From: an uncultured Bacilli bacterium
Lineage (GTDB): Bacteria > Bacillota_I > Bacilli_A > RF39 > UBA660
Reading direction: 5' to 3'
DNA: 64,000 nt
NCBI GenBank assembly: GCA_934086485.1
Contig: CAKOIF010000002.1
Location: 33,953-97,952, forward strand
The number at the start of each line of letters is the position of its first letter. Within the stretch, counting starts at the first letter, position 1. Of this stretch, positions 9,303 to 18,671 are shown one piece after another. The notes under the pieces are model-generated. The model was not told where the DNA came from, ran no database searches, and saw only the letters and a program-made list of their open reading frames with translations. A program made the translations under genes and the position numbers.

Positions 9303-10649
9303 TTATAAGAATCTATCCCAGTAATATCTTTCTTCATTTGATAATATATTAAAATATTCTTTAATTTGTGAACTAATCAGCTTAGCCTTTTTATTTATAG
9401 GTGTCCCATCATTATAATAATCTCTTGTAATACTTCTAGACATTAAGTCAGAAAAAATTACAGCTCTATCCTCTAAATAATTTGTTTTGCTATATGCAGA
9501 TATAAAATAAGCATTATTTAAATTACTATAATAATAAACATAACTATTACTTGTATCTCCATATGTAAAATCTATTGGATTAACCTCTTTCATAGTATTA
9601 TTTATATCTATTGGATATCCTTTAACCTTTATATAAATGTCTATATAATGCATTATTTCATGATGTAAAGTATTTTCAAATAAAAGTGCAGGTTCTATCA
9701 TAATTTTAATGTTACTATTATCTTTTGCATCAGTAAGTCCAGATACATTACCACTTATGCTTTTTACTAAATAAATAGTTAATGGCATTCCATAATCTTT
9801 CATTTCTTTAAAAAAATTATTTGGATATTTTTTTAATGCTTTATCTATTTCATTAAGATAATCATTTATAATATTATCATCATTTAATTTTTCAGAACCA
9901 AAGCCATTAATGGTATAATTTCCTAGTTCATCTTTATATGCTATTTTAATGGAATATTTATTTTGTATTTGATTTCTTAAGTCATCATTTTTTTCAGCCA
10001 AAGTTTTTTCTATAACAGGAGTATTTTCTTCGGGTGTATTTATTGTTTCATTATTACTAGGTTTATTAGTGTTTATTTTATCATTATTATTATCATTATT
10101 TTTATTAGTATTAGTATTTTCATTTATAGTATTATTAGTATTAATACTTGAGTTATTATTATTTTCAGTATCATTTATTTCATCATTAATTTTTTCCCAA
10201 GTAGCATAAAGAGTAGTGTTTTCCTTTATTATTGAATTATTATAAAAAGGGATATTGTTTTTATCTACCCAACCCTTAAAAGTGTATCCCTCGAGTATAG
10301 GTTCTTCAGGAAGAGTTAATCTACTATTTTTATTTATAATAATATTATCAATTATATTTCCGCCTTTAGTATCAAATGTTATTATTACATTTTCTTTTCT
10401 TTCCTCTTTAATTTCTTTTTTAGGACAAGAATATTTAACTTTTTTTACAACTGTTTTAGTTTTACCATCATAGCATTTATATGTATTTGTAAATAATCCT
10501 TTATCTATATAAATAGTATGGCTACCATTAGAGTATTTTCTAACTTTAATTATGGGACTACCATTAAATGATAGAGCAACAATAAAATCAAAACATATTA
10601 AAACTATTACAAACCATAGTATAATAATAATTATTTTATATTTTTTCAT
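9303..10649 (-). CDS. membrane-anchored surface protein with Listeria-Bacteroides repeat and HExxH metalloprotease-like C-domain
   Basis: N-terminal TM; repeat ITFDTKGGN...EGYTFKGWVD...LYATWEK; Asn-rich linker; LHHEIMHYID zinc motif. Confidence 0.7.
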   Translation of the reverse strand: MKKYKIIIIILWFVIVLICFDFIVALSFNGSPIIKVRKYSNGSHTIYIDKGLFTNTYKCYDGKTKTVVKKVKYSCPKKEIKEERKENVIITFDTKGGNIIDNIIINKNSRLTLPEEPILEGYTFKGWVDKNNIPFYNNSIIKENTTLYATWEKINDEINDTENNNNSSINTNNTINENTNTNKNNDNNNDKINTNKPSNNETINTPEENTPVIEKTLAEKNDDLRNQIQNKYSIKIAYKDELGNYTINGFGSEKLNDDNIINDYLNEIDKALKKYPNNFFKEMKDYGMPLTIYLVKSISGNVSGLTDAKDNSNIKIMIEPALLFENTLHHEIMHYIDIYIKVKGYPIDINNTMKEVNPIDFTYGDTSNSYVYYYSNLNNAYFISAYSKTNYLEDRAVIFSDLMSRSITRDYYNDGTPINKKAKLISSQIKEYFNILSNEERYYWDRFL

Positions 10650-10671
10650 TATACCTCCTTTTTAAAATAAT

Positions 10672-11615
10672 TTATTTTTTTAAAGTTAAATTATTTATAT
10701 ATAATTCTATAAATGGCTTTAATTTTAATATTGATTTAGAATCTATTAAAAATCCTGCAGATAATTTATGCCCTCCACCATCTGGATGAAATGTTTTACC
10801 AATTTCATTTAAATCAATACTTTCTTTAACACTTCTTAAGGAAACTCTATTACGATTAAAATTAATTATTATTATAAAATCTATTTCTGGTCTTAATTTA
10901 CAAATACTATTTCCCACTATAGATCTATATTGCTCACAAATAGTTACACCAACTTTATAACCATTATAATCAGTAATACATAAATTTTTATTTATAAATT
11001 CAATATATTCTTTTTGTTTTTTAAATCTGATTTATATAAGTCTTCATATATTTTAGGCAGTTTAAAATCTTCATTATCATTTAAATTACATATTAAGTTT
11101 ATATATTCTTCAGGGCCAATTAAAGCGTGCGTAAATGCAAGTAATTTAGCATTATATTCTTCATCACCAAAATCAAAATTGTCTTGCTCTCTAATAGCCT
11201 CTACAAAAGTTTTATAAAATTTATTATTAAATTTAGTATCTAAAGTTAGTAAATAATTATAAAATAACTGGGTACCACAAGTTGGTTTATCATTTAAATA
11301 AATTATACTATTTACATAATCTGTAGAATTTTCTGTTATTTCATGATGATCAAAATGTTTTATTTTATTAGTAATTTCAGGATGATTATTTAAATAATTT
11401 AATATTGTTTTAGATAGTGCAAGATCGCATACATATATTGTTTCATAATTAGAGAAATCTACTTTTGTAAAAACCTCTATTAATTCATTTATTTCACATA
11501 ATATGTAATCAATATTACTATAATGTTTTTTAGCAAGAATTAATGAACCCATACCATCTATATCTGCAATATGAGTTATCATAATTACTTTATTATTATT
11601 TATATTTTTAATCAT
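10672..11615 (-). pseudogene. DHH/DHHA1 phosphoesterase (NrnA-like) interrupted by a frameshift
   Basis: ORF 10992-11615 has the DxD and DHH motifs (HIADIDG, HFDHHE). ORF 10672-10917 has the DHHA1 GGGH motif. The frames join if one base is added in the T6 run at 11017-11022. Confidence 0.7.
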
Positions 11616-11725
11616 AATTTATTCACCTAATTATATTTTAATAAAATTTTTATAATAAGTAAATCATGTTTTTTTGTTTTAAATATGTAAATGTTATAGT
11701 ATAATGTAGGTAAGGAGGATTGCGT

Positions 11726-12799
11726 ATGTCTAAAAACGACAAAAAAAGGAAATTCTTAATTGGAGTAATAAGTGGTGCTGTATTACTTGTAATTATAGTT
11801 TTCTTATTATGGTTTTTCAATCGAAAGTTTGATATCACTTTAGATTATAATGATGGAACAAAAACTAAAATTGTTCAAATTAAGTATAATAAAACCATAA
11901 ACAAAAAAGATATCGAAAATATAGATGATTTAAATGCAACTTGGTATGAGGTAGTTGAAAAGAAAGAAAATGAAGATATTTTAGCAAAAGAGCCTTTTGA
12001 TTTTAAAACAAAAATTAATAAAAATATAAAATTAAAAGCAATATATGATGTTACCTTAGAAGATGAGGATACTAAAAAAATAACTATTTCTTTTGATTCA
12101 AAGGGTGGAAGTAAGATACAATCAATTACCCTTAATAAAGAGGAAAAACTTACTTTACCTAAAAACCCAACTTTAAATGGTTATACATTTAAAGGATGGA
12201 CTGATAAAAATGGTAAACCAATTTATAATGGCGCTTTACTAGCGGAAAGCACCACATTATATGCAAATTGGGAAAAAATTAAAGAGGAAGATAAGAAATC
12301 AAATAATGTTACCGATAATAAAACTCAACCTGTAACTTATTATTGTGATAGTGATTTTACTTTATCTGATAAAAAATGTATTAAAGTTGATACTGTAAAA
12401 GCAAATGGTAAATGTCCTAATGGATATAAAGGTGGGGCATGGAATAGTGAGTATTGTTACGATGAAATAGATCCTTATTATTATTGTGATGATTATTCTA
12501 GTTATAATGGTGATGATGCAAAATTTGATGAGGATAATAACATGTGTTATTATAACCTAATATATACGACAGATAAAGATTCTTGTGATGTTTCTTCAGG
12601 AAGACTTTACTATGATCATGGATGTTATGCTGCAAAAACTCCAGCAGTATTAGGATGTTCTAAAGGTGAACCATTGAATTCTAGTGGTATGTGTGACATA
12701 AAAATTAAAAAGAATTTTACTTGTCCAAGTGGTTATGAATTAGATAATGCTACAAAATATTGTAGTAAAACTATTACTATTGATGCAAAACAAAAATAG
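11726..12799 (+). CDS. membrane-anchored Cys-rich surface protein with Listeria-Bacteroides repeat
   Basis: AAGGAGG RBS before ATG 11726; TM anchor; repeat ISFDSKGGS...NGYTFKGWTD...LYANWEK, paralogous to the repeat in 9303-10649; Cys-rich C-terminus. Confidence 0.7.
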   Translation: MSKNDKKRKFLIGVISGAVLLVIIVFLLWFFNRKFDITLDYNDGTKTKIVQIKYNKTINKKDIENIDDLNATWYEVVEKKENEDILAKEPFDFKTKINKNIKLKAIYDVTLEDEDTKKITISFDSKGGSKIQSITLNKEEKLTLPKNPTLNGYTFKGWTDKNGKPIYNGALLAESTTLYANWEKIKEEDKKSNNVTDNKTQPVTYYCDSDFTLSDKKCIKVDTVKANGKCPNGYKGGAWNSEYCYDEIDPYYYCDDYSSYNGDDAKFDEDNNMCYYNLIYTTDKDSCDVSSGRLYYDHGCYAAKTPAVLGCSKGEPLNSSGMCDIKIKKNFTCPSGYELDNATKYCSKTITIDAKQK

Positions 12800-12873
12800 T
12801 ATAAAGAAGCATATTTAGTTATGCTTTTTTTATATGAATAAATATGTTAAAATGTTATTGAGGAACTGATTTA

Positions 12874-13485
12874 ATGAATATAATAAAACCTAAAATTAAA
12901 TTTACTGAGGAATTTATTTTCGAGGATAATGTATATAAAAATGCTTTGTTTACAAATAATCCAGAAAATAAAATTATAATCGAAGATATTGATTTTGATA
13001 GTTGTATATTTAAGAACATAGATTTTTCAATTATTGAATTAATTAATGTAAATTTTTTAGACTGCATTTTTGAATCTTGTGATTTATCAAATAAAAATTT
13101 TGATGAAAAATTAATTGAAAGATGTGAGTTTAATAGTTGCAAATTATTAGGAAGTTCATTTATTAATGCATCGTTAAAGGATATTTTAATAGATAATTCT
13201 ACATTAAAATACGTTAATTTTTCCGGAACTAGTATGAATAAAATTAAAATTAATAATTCAAACTTATCTGAAAGTTATTTTACTGAAACAAAGTTAAAAA
13301 ATATTGAACTTAATAATAATAATTTTAATAAAGCAGAATTTTTGCAAACAAAACTATATAATATAGATTTTTCAAATAATGATATTAGTGAAATAGTATT
13401 TGATAATTATTCAATATATGGAGCTGTAATAGACCCATTACAAAGTCAGTTTATAGTGGGAAGTTTAGGAGTGAGGTTTAAATAA
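12874..13485 (+). CDS. pentapeptide-repeat protein (Qnr/MfpA-like size)
   Basis: Continuous A(D/N)LxX-type pentapeptide periodicity through most of its 203 aa. Confidence 0.85.
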   Translation: MNIIKPKIKFTEEFIFEDNVYKNALFTNNPENKIIIEDIDFDSCIFKNIDFSIIELINVNFLDCIFESCDLSNKNFDEKLIERCEFNSCKLLGSSFINASLKDILIDNSTLKYVNFSGTSMNKIKINNSNLSESYFTETKLKNIELNNNNFNKAEFLQTKLYNIDFSNNDISEIVFDNYSIYGAVIDPLQSQFIVGSLGVRFK

Positions 13486-13486
13486 A

Positions 13487-13726
13487 ATGGATAGAATAGA
13501 TTATTTAAAAGAGAAAAGATATAAGATGCAAGGACAGCTTAATTCTTTATATTCAAATAATGGAGATATTGGTCAAATACAAAAAGTTAAATCACAAATA
13601 AATGAAATTAATTTTGAAATTAATAGTAAAAAAGGTAATGAAATATCCCAAAATAACCAAATTAATAAGGAGAAAAGAGACATTTTTAAGGCAATTAGTG
13701 CAAATAATTTTAATAATAGAAAATAA
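13487..13726 (+). CDS. small coiled-coil hypothetical protein
   Basis: ATG one base after the stop of the preceding gene (translational coupling); no domain recognised. Confidence 0.4.
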   Translation: MDRIDYLKEKRYKMQGQLNSLYSNNGDIGQIQKVKSQINEINFEINSKKGNEISQNNQINKEKRDIFKAISANNFNNRK

Positions 13727-13783
13727 ATACTTGTAACAAAGACCTATTTTATGCTATAATCTTGCTTGCAAGGAGTGAGATTG

Positions 13784-13897
13784 ATGAAAAAGTTAAAGAA
13801 AAATTTACCCGAAGGCGTAAAATATGAATTTGCTAGATATAAAGGTGTTAAAGTAAAATTAGTACCTAACAAAAAGAAAAGTAATAAGACAAAATAA
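13784..13897 (+). CDS. small basic ORF (37 aa)
   Basis: GGAGTGAG RBS, ATG 13784, then a hairpin terminator; below ORF-track cutoff. Confidence 0.3.
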   Translation: MKKLKKNLPEGVKYEFARYKGVKVKLVPNKKKSNKTK

Positions 13898-13930
13898 AAA
13901 CCACGAAATTAATCGTGATTTTTTAATGAA

Positions 13931-15016
13931 TTAAAAATTAATTGGACACGGATTTTCCACAAAAATACTCATAATTAAATTAACAAATAAAGGTAAGAAG
14001 AATAGTACTGCTACTAAAATTAATCTTGTAAATGCTTTCTTAACAAGTTTATTCATTATTTCTTTATCACTATCAAGTAGTGCTTTAACAAAATCGTATA
14101 TTGTCATACCCACACAAAGTACAATTCCTAAATATTTCATAATACTAAATATTTTTGTTAGATATTCACCTAGTGTTCCTTTGATAACTGCATTACAATC
14201 CATTTCACTAGTATCCATACTACCTTTACCAGTCATCCATTTACTAATAAGGTCACCAATTCCGTGGTCATAATTAGTTTCTTCTTCGGCATTAATAGTA
14301 TTAGTTGTATCATTTCTTTCAGTATGATCACCATCGGAATTATCAAGTTCAGAGCTAACATCAGCTGTTAATTTGGGGCATTTCGTAAGACCATCTTCAA
14401 TTTTTACATCTGACTTTACGTGGACTGTTGTTCCATCTATAACACAATCAAATTCTGTTATTTCCGGATTTGACTCAGATTTTGCACTGCTCCAGTTATT
14501 TTTATCACCATATTTTAAAGTAACTTTTTTATATTCATTTATACTGACAACAACTTTACAAGTTTTACCATCTTTAGTAAATAAGTAATCATCTCCCGTG
14601 CAACTTTTTGCAGAACCGTATGAACTACTACCAGATATACCAGAAATGTTAAATAAGTTATTACTTGATGAATATGAACATTGAATATTTTCTAAATTAA
14701 ATCCTTTTGAAATATCTCCATCTAGACTGAATTTAACATTTGAATCTTTACAGGAATATGTTCTTCTATTTGTTTGATCTACTCCATCTACTTCAATATA
14801 GTATCTTACTTGCTGACCACCTTTAGCAGATTTTAATTTAACTTTACACGTACGATTATTTTTATCGGTCAATGTAAAGGTCCTTGAGGATACTCCACTT
14901 GATGAGCCAGTCTCCAAATTTATTGGACTACTTGTACATCCATAAGCATAAACATTCGTTATTAGAGTTATTGATAGTGCGATTGTTAAACATACATATT
15001 TAATCAGCTTTTTCAT
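13931..15016 (-). CDS. secreted Cys-containing beta-rich domain fused to a 2-TM pilin-like (VirB2/TrbC-type) module
   Basis: Signal peptide; duplicated CKVKLKS/CKVVVSI modules; C-terminal two helices align with the product of 15122-15580. Confidence 0.6.
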   Translation of the reverse strand: MKKLIKYVCLTIALSITLITNVYAYGCTSSPINLETGSSSGVSSRTFTLTDKNNRTCKVKLKSAKGGQQVRYYIEVDGVDQTNRRTYSCKDSNVKFSLDGDISKGFNLENIQCSYSSSNNLFNISGISGSSSYGSAKSCTGDDYLFTKDGKTCKVVVSINEYKKVTLKYGDKNNWSSAKSESNPEITEFDCVIDGTTVHVKSDVKIEDGLTKCPKLTADVSSELDNSDGDHTERNDTTNTINAEEETNYDHGIGDLISKWMTGKGSMDTSEMDCNAVIKGTLGEYLTKIFSIMKYLGIVLCVGMTIYDFVKALLDSDKEIMNKLVKKAFTRLILVAVLFFLPLFVNLIMSIFVENPCPINF

Positions 15017-15121
15017 AATTCACCAAACCTTTTATAAAAGTATTGTATCAAAAAAATATGAAATAATAAAGAAATAAACTTCATTTTATTGCGAAAACCT
15101 CAACTTTATTATATAATTTAA

Positions 15122-15580
15122 ATGGTGATTTGTATGTTATTTAAAACATTTATATTAGCAAATAATGGTTTAGAGGCATTTTCTTGTACTAATGAAAATG
15201 TAGTTAAGGTATTAAAGTTTATAGCTATATTATTTAATATTGCAAAGATACTTGTACCAATTATACTAATTGTTACAGGTGTTATATCACTTACAAAGGC
15301 AGTTATGTCAGATGAACGTGATTTTTCTAAAGAAATAACTTCATTATTAATAAAATTATTTGTTGGATTATTTGTATTTTTACTTCCAACAATATTACTT
15401 GCTTTTATTGATTTGATAGATGGTTCTGAAGATGTACGAAGTGATTTTGCTAAATGTAGTGAATGCATCCTAGATTATAGTAGATGTCCTGGAGTTTCTT
15501 CGGGTAAAAAAAATAATACAAACACTACAAAAAATAATGGTAAAAAAAATGATAATAGTACAACAACTATTAATCCTTAA
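15122..15580 (+). CDS. small 2-TM pilin-like conjugation protein (VirB2/TrbC-type)
   Basis: Two hydrophobic helices joined by a KAVMSDE loop; paralogous to the C-terminus of 13931-15016; heads the T4SS operon. Confidence 0.6.
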   Translation: MVICMLFKTFILANNGLEAFSCTNENVVKVLKFIAILFNIAKILVPIILIVTGVISLTKAVMSDERDFSKEITSLLIKLFVGLFVFLLPTILLAFIDLIDGSEDVRSDFAKCSECILDYSRCPGVSSGKKNNTNTTKNNGKKNDNSTTTINP

Positions 15581-15643
15581 AAGATTGTAAAAAATAAAAA
15601 AATATAATATACTATTTTTATAGTATTAGAATAGGAGTAGAGT

Positions 15644-17785
15644 ATGATTATGTCAACTATTATAGATAATATTGCCGAAACATTTTGGAAAATTATAATA
15701 GGCCTTGTTGGCGGTATATTTAAACTTGTAAATAGTGCTTACAGGATTTTTTTGGTTTTAGCAAAAGCCACAATTTTTAATAATGAAGATTTTAATATAA
15801 TAACAAAAAATATGTATGAAATATTAAGTATTGTAATGCTTTTTGCACTTGCGTATGGTATCTTAGTTAAGATTGTGGATCCAGAAAATTCAAAAAGTGG
15901 CGTTGATGGCAAGAAAATACTTCAGAAACTTGTAATGGCAATAGTTCTACTTGCACTTATTCCATCAATTTTTTCATTTATGTTTGGACTTCAAGATGCG
16001 GTTTTAGAATCAAATGTTTTGAATTCTATTTTTACGGGTACTAATAGTAATGGAGCAGAATCAATAGAAAATGCTGGTATTAGTATGGCTGTTAATTCAT
16101 TTATTCCATTTTTTACCCCAAATGTTGACAATGATGCTAATCCCGAAGATGCTAGAAAAGAAATAAGAAATAAATCTGAGTATGGCATCACTTTAAATAA
16201 TGAATCATATGGTTGTAAAGAGGATGAATGTACTTTAGAGGATGTTGATAATTTTGCATTAAATACAGGTAATTTTGGCTTTTATCAAGCGTTTGCTTTA
16301 AACATTCACGAAGGCGATATAGATTTTCAATGGTTAATTGCTTTAATAGTTGGCGGTTTTCTGGTTTATGCAATGGTATCATTTTGTTTTGATATGGCAC
16401 TTAGAATATGCAAATTAGCATTTTTTGAAATAATTGCACCAATAGCAATATTTTGTAATGTTATTCCTAAAATGGAAGACGTATTTAAAAAATGGCTTTC
16501 TAATACAACAAAGACTTTTATAGCGGTTTTCACTAGAATAATTGTTATGAATTTTGGCGTTTATTTAATTTCAATAATATGTAGTGATAGAATTAATTTA
16601 GGTTTAGAAAATACCGGCAATTGGTTTTTAAATTTAATTGCTAAATGTTTCTTAATATTAGGTATTGTTATGTTTATGAGACAAGCACCAAAACTTTTAT
16701 CTGATTTATTTGGCTTTGGTGACGGTGATATGAAACTTGGTATTAAAGATAAACTTAAATCAAGTGGTGCGTTTGCTGCTGGAGCCGCTATTGGTGCTGG
16801 TACTACCGGACTTGTTAGAAATGCTGTTAATGCATATCAACAAGTTAAAAAGGCACCAAAAGACAAAAAGTTTAGTACAGCTGTTAGAGGGTTTGGTAGT
16901 GCCGCTGCAGGTGCAGCTTCGGGTTTTACAAAAGGTGCTTGGTATGCTAAAGGCGCTGGTAGTGGAAAAGATATGAAGAATGCTGCTGCACAGGCTGCAA
17001 ACAAAACAGTCGAAAACAGAAATAAAAGAGAAGCATACAAGGCAGCACATCCAGGATTTATGGGTGCTACTTTAGGCCATTTTGAAGATGCTGGAGATTC
17101 AGCATTAAAATGGGCAGGATTTAACAATATTGAAGCATTACAAAAGGCTAATGCAGAAATGAGCAAAGTTTCATCAAAGAAAAAAGCTATGGCTGATGCT
17201 GCTGAAAGTTTAATAGTTGGAGAAGCAAATAAAAATAAAGATAAAACTTTTGGTATCGACAAATCTGTTCAATTTGATGGTGGTGAAAATCTTCTTGCAC
17301 AACAATATAATGGACAATTTAATACATCTACTTTAAGAAAAATTAGACAAAAACTTGATGAGGCTAAAGCTACAGGTAGTGCAAAGGATGCATGGGAAAA
17401 AGATGTAACAGCTGCCGAATGGGAAAATTTATATGGATCTTATTTGAATAGTTTTAAAGAAGCAGTTCAAAATCAAGCGTTACTAAGTAAAAAAAATTGG
17501 GATGCTATTTCTAATTCAGCTGTTAAAGCAGACTTATCAGAAGTTAGAAATGCTGCAAATGATTTTAGAAATGAACTTGGAAGACATTTAAATGAATCAT
17601 TTGTTGTTAAATCAAATGATTTATCTTCAGGTACTAAGATAAATGCTGAAACTTTGGAAGAAGATATTAAAATTAATGATGGGGCCTTTAAAGAGATTGG
17701 AGATCAAATTAAAATTGCACAATCAGAGAATTATGCTCAAATAAGTAAGATTCAACAAAAAGAGCAAGAAAAGAATGGTAAATAA
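15644..17785 (+). CDS. VirB6/TrbL-like polytopic T4SS channel protein with long Ala/Gly/Lys-rich C-terminal extension
   Basis: At least 6 TM helices in the N-terminal half; position directly upstream of the VirB3/VirB4 genes. Confidence 0.75.
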   Translation: MIMSTIIDNIAETFWKIIIGLVGGIFKLVNSAYRIFLVLAKATIFNNEDFNIITKNMYEILSIVMLFALAYGILVKIVDPENSKSGVDGKKILQKLVMAIVLLALIPSIFSFMFGLQDAVLESNVLNSIFTGTNSNGAESIENAGISMAVNSFIPFFTPNVDNDANPEDARKEIRNKSEYGITLNNESYGCKEDECTLEDVDNFALNTGNFGFYQAFALNIHEGDIDFQWLIALIVGGFLVYAMVSFCFDMALRICKLAFFEIIAPIAIFCNVIPKMEDVFKKWLSNTTKTFIAVFTRIIVMNFGVYLISIICSDRINLGLENTGNWFLNLIAKCFLILGIVMFMRQAPKLLSDLFGFGDGDMKLGIKDKLKSSGAFAAGAAIGAGTTGLVRNAVNAYQQVKKAPKDKKFSTAVRGFGSAAAGAASGFTKGAWYAKGAGSGKDMKNAAAQAANKTVENRNKREAYKAAHPGFMGATLGHFEDAGDSALKWAGFNNIEALQKANAEMSKVSSKKKAMADAAESLIVGEANKNKDKTFGIDKSVQFDGGENLLAQQYNGQFNTSTLRKIRQKLDEAKATGSAKDAWEKDVTAAEWENLYGSYLNSFKEAVQNQALLSKKNWDAISNSAVKADLSEVRNAANDFRNELGRHLNESFVVKSNDLSSGTKINAETLEEDIKINDGAFKEIGDQIKIAQSENYAQISKIQQKEQEKNGK

Positions 17786-17805
17786 TATAAAAGGAGGAAA
17801 AACTA

Positions 17806-18120
17806 GTGAGAAATCAATATTTAGTACCTGCCAATAGTAAAAAGTCACAATTAATATTTGGCTTCTTTACTTGGCCAGATTTAATACTTTGTTTAGTAGG
17901 AGCGGCAATTACAATAGCATTATTAATTATCCTAAAAAATCCTTCAACGGTTGAATTAATAATTGCTATAATACCTGTGCTTATTGCTGCAGGACTTGTA
18001 ATGCCGGTAAGAAACTATCATAATGTTATGCAACTACTTAATAACATGTTAGATTTTTATACTAATACAAGAAAATACTATTGGAAAGGTTGGTGTGTAA
18101 AAGATGACACAGATGAATAG
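17806..18120 (+). CDS. PrgI/VirB3-like small membrane protein
   Basis: AGGAGG RBS plus GTG start; 104 aa with two TM helices after a short basic N-terminus; overlaps the next gene. Confidence 0.7.
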   Translation: MRNQYLVPANSKKSQLIFGFFTWPDLILCLVGAAITIALLIILKNPSTVELIIAIIPVLIAAGLVMPVRNYHNVMQLLNNMLDFYTNTRKYYWKGWCVKDDTDE

Positions 18121-18670
18121 TAATAGTGCTCCAAGCGGAGTAAAATATGCAGAAGATTGGCTTCCTATTAAGTCAATCAATAATGGAATGATTTTAACTG
18201 AGGATGGTTATTATGTAACTGGAGTTAAGGTTAGCCCAAAAAATATATTTATATTAGACGAACAAAGTCAAAATGCTACATTATTTAATTTATCAACATT
18301 TTATAATACTTTAGATTTCGACTTTTGGCTTTTAGTTTCAGATAGACCTGTAGATATAAGTTTATACCTTAATGAATTACAAGTTGAATATAATAAAAAT
18401 CCTAATAGTGCTATTAGAAAACTTATTATGCAAGATATTAATAAAGCAAATCTATTTATGAGTAGAGATTATAATGTAGTTGATACAGAATATACATTTT
18501 TATTTAAAGAAAAGAAGATGGAATTAGTTCAAAAAAAATTACATACTTTAATAAGTGGTCTTAGTAATGCAGGACTTAATTCTACACAAACAAGTAATGC
18601 TGATTTAAGAATGCTTCTTGATAATTATTTAAATGATGGTATATCTACTAATTTTAGGGCGGTGATGTAA
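18104..18670 (+). CDS. VirB4-type ATPase, N-terminal domain encoded as a separate ORF
   Basis: EDWLPIKSINNGMILTEDGYYVTGVKVSPKNIF matches the N-terminus of Gram-positive VirB4/TraE proteins; stop lies 1 nt before the next start. Confidence 0.7.
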   Translation: MTQMNSNSAPSGVKYAEDWLPIKSINNGMILTEDGYYVTGVKVSPKNIFILDEQSQNATLFNLSTFYNTLDFDFWLLVSDRPVDISLYLNELQVEYNKNPNSAIRKLIMQDINKANLFMSRDYNVVDTEYTFLFKEKKMELVQKKLHTLISGLSNAGLNSTQTSNADLRMLLDNYLNDGISTNFRAVM

Positions 18671-18671
18671 T

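Noticed and set aside
12855-13142. 95-aa antisense ORF opposite the pentapeptide-repeat gene
   Set aside because: It is a shadow of the periodic repeat coding sequence. The plus-strand gene has an RBS and a clear family signature.
16737-17262. ORFs 16737-16976 (+), 16760-17050 (-) and 16837-17262 (-) within the VirB6-like gene
   Set aside because: They arise from the GC-richer Ala/Gly-coding stretch, which keeps other frames open. They overlap a long coherent ORF.
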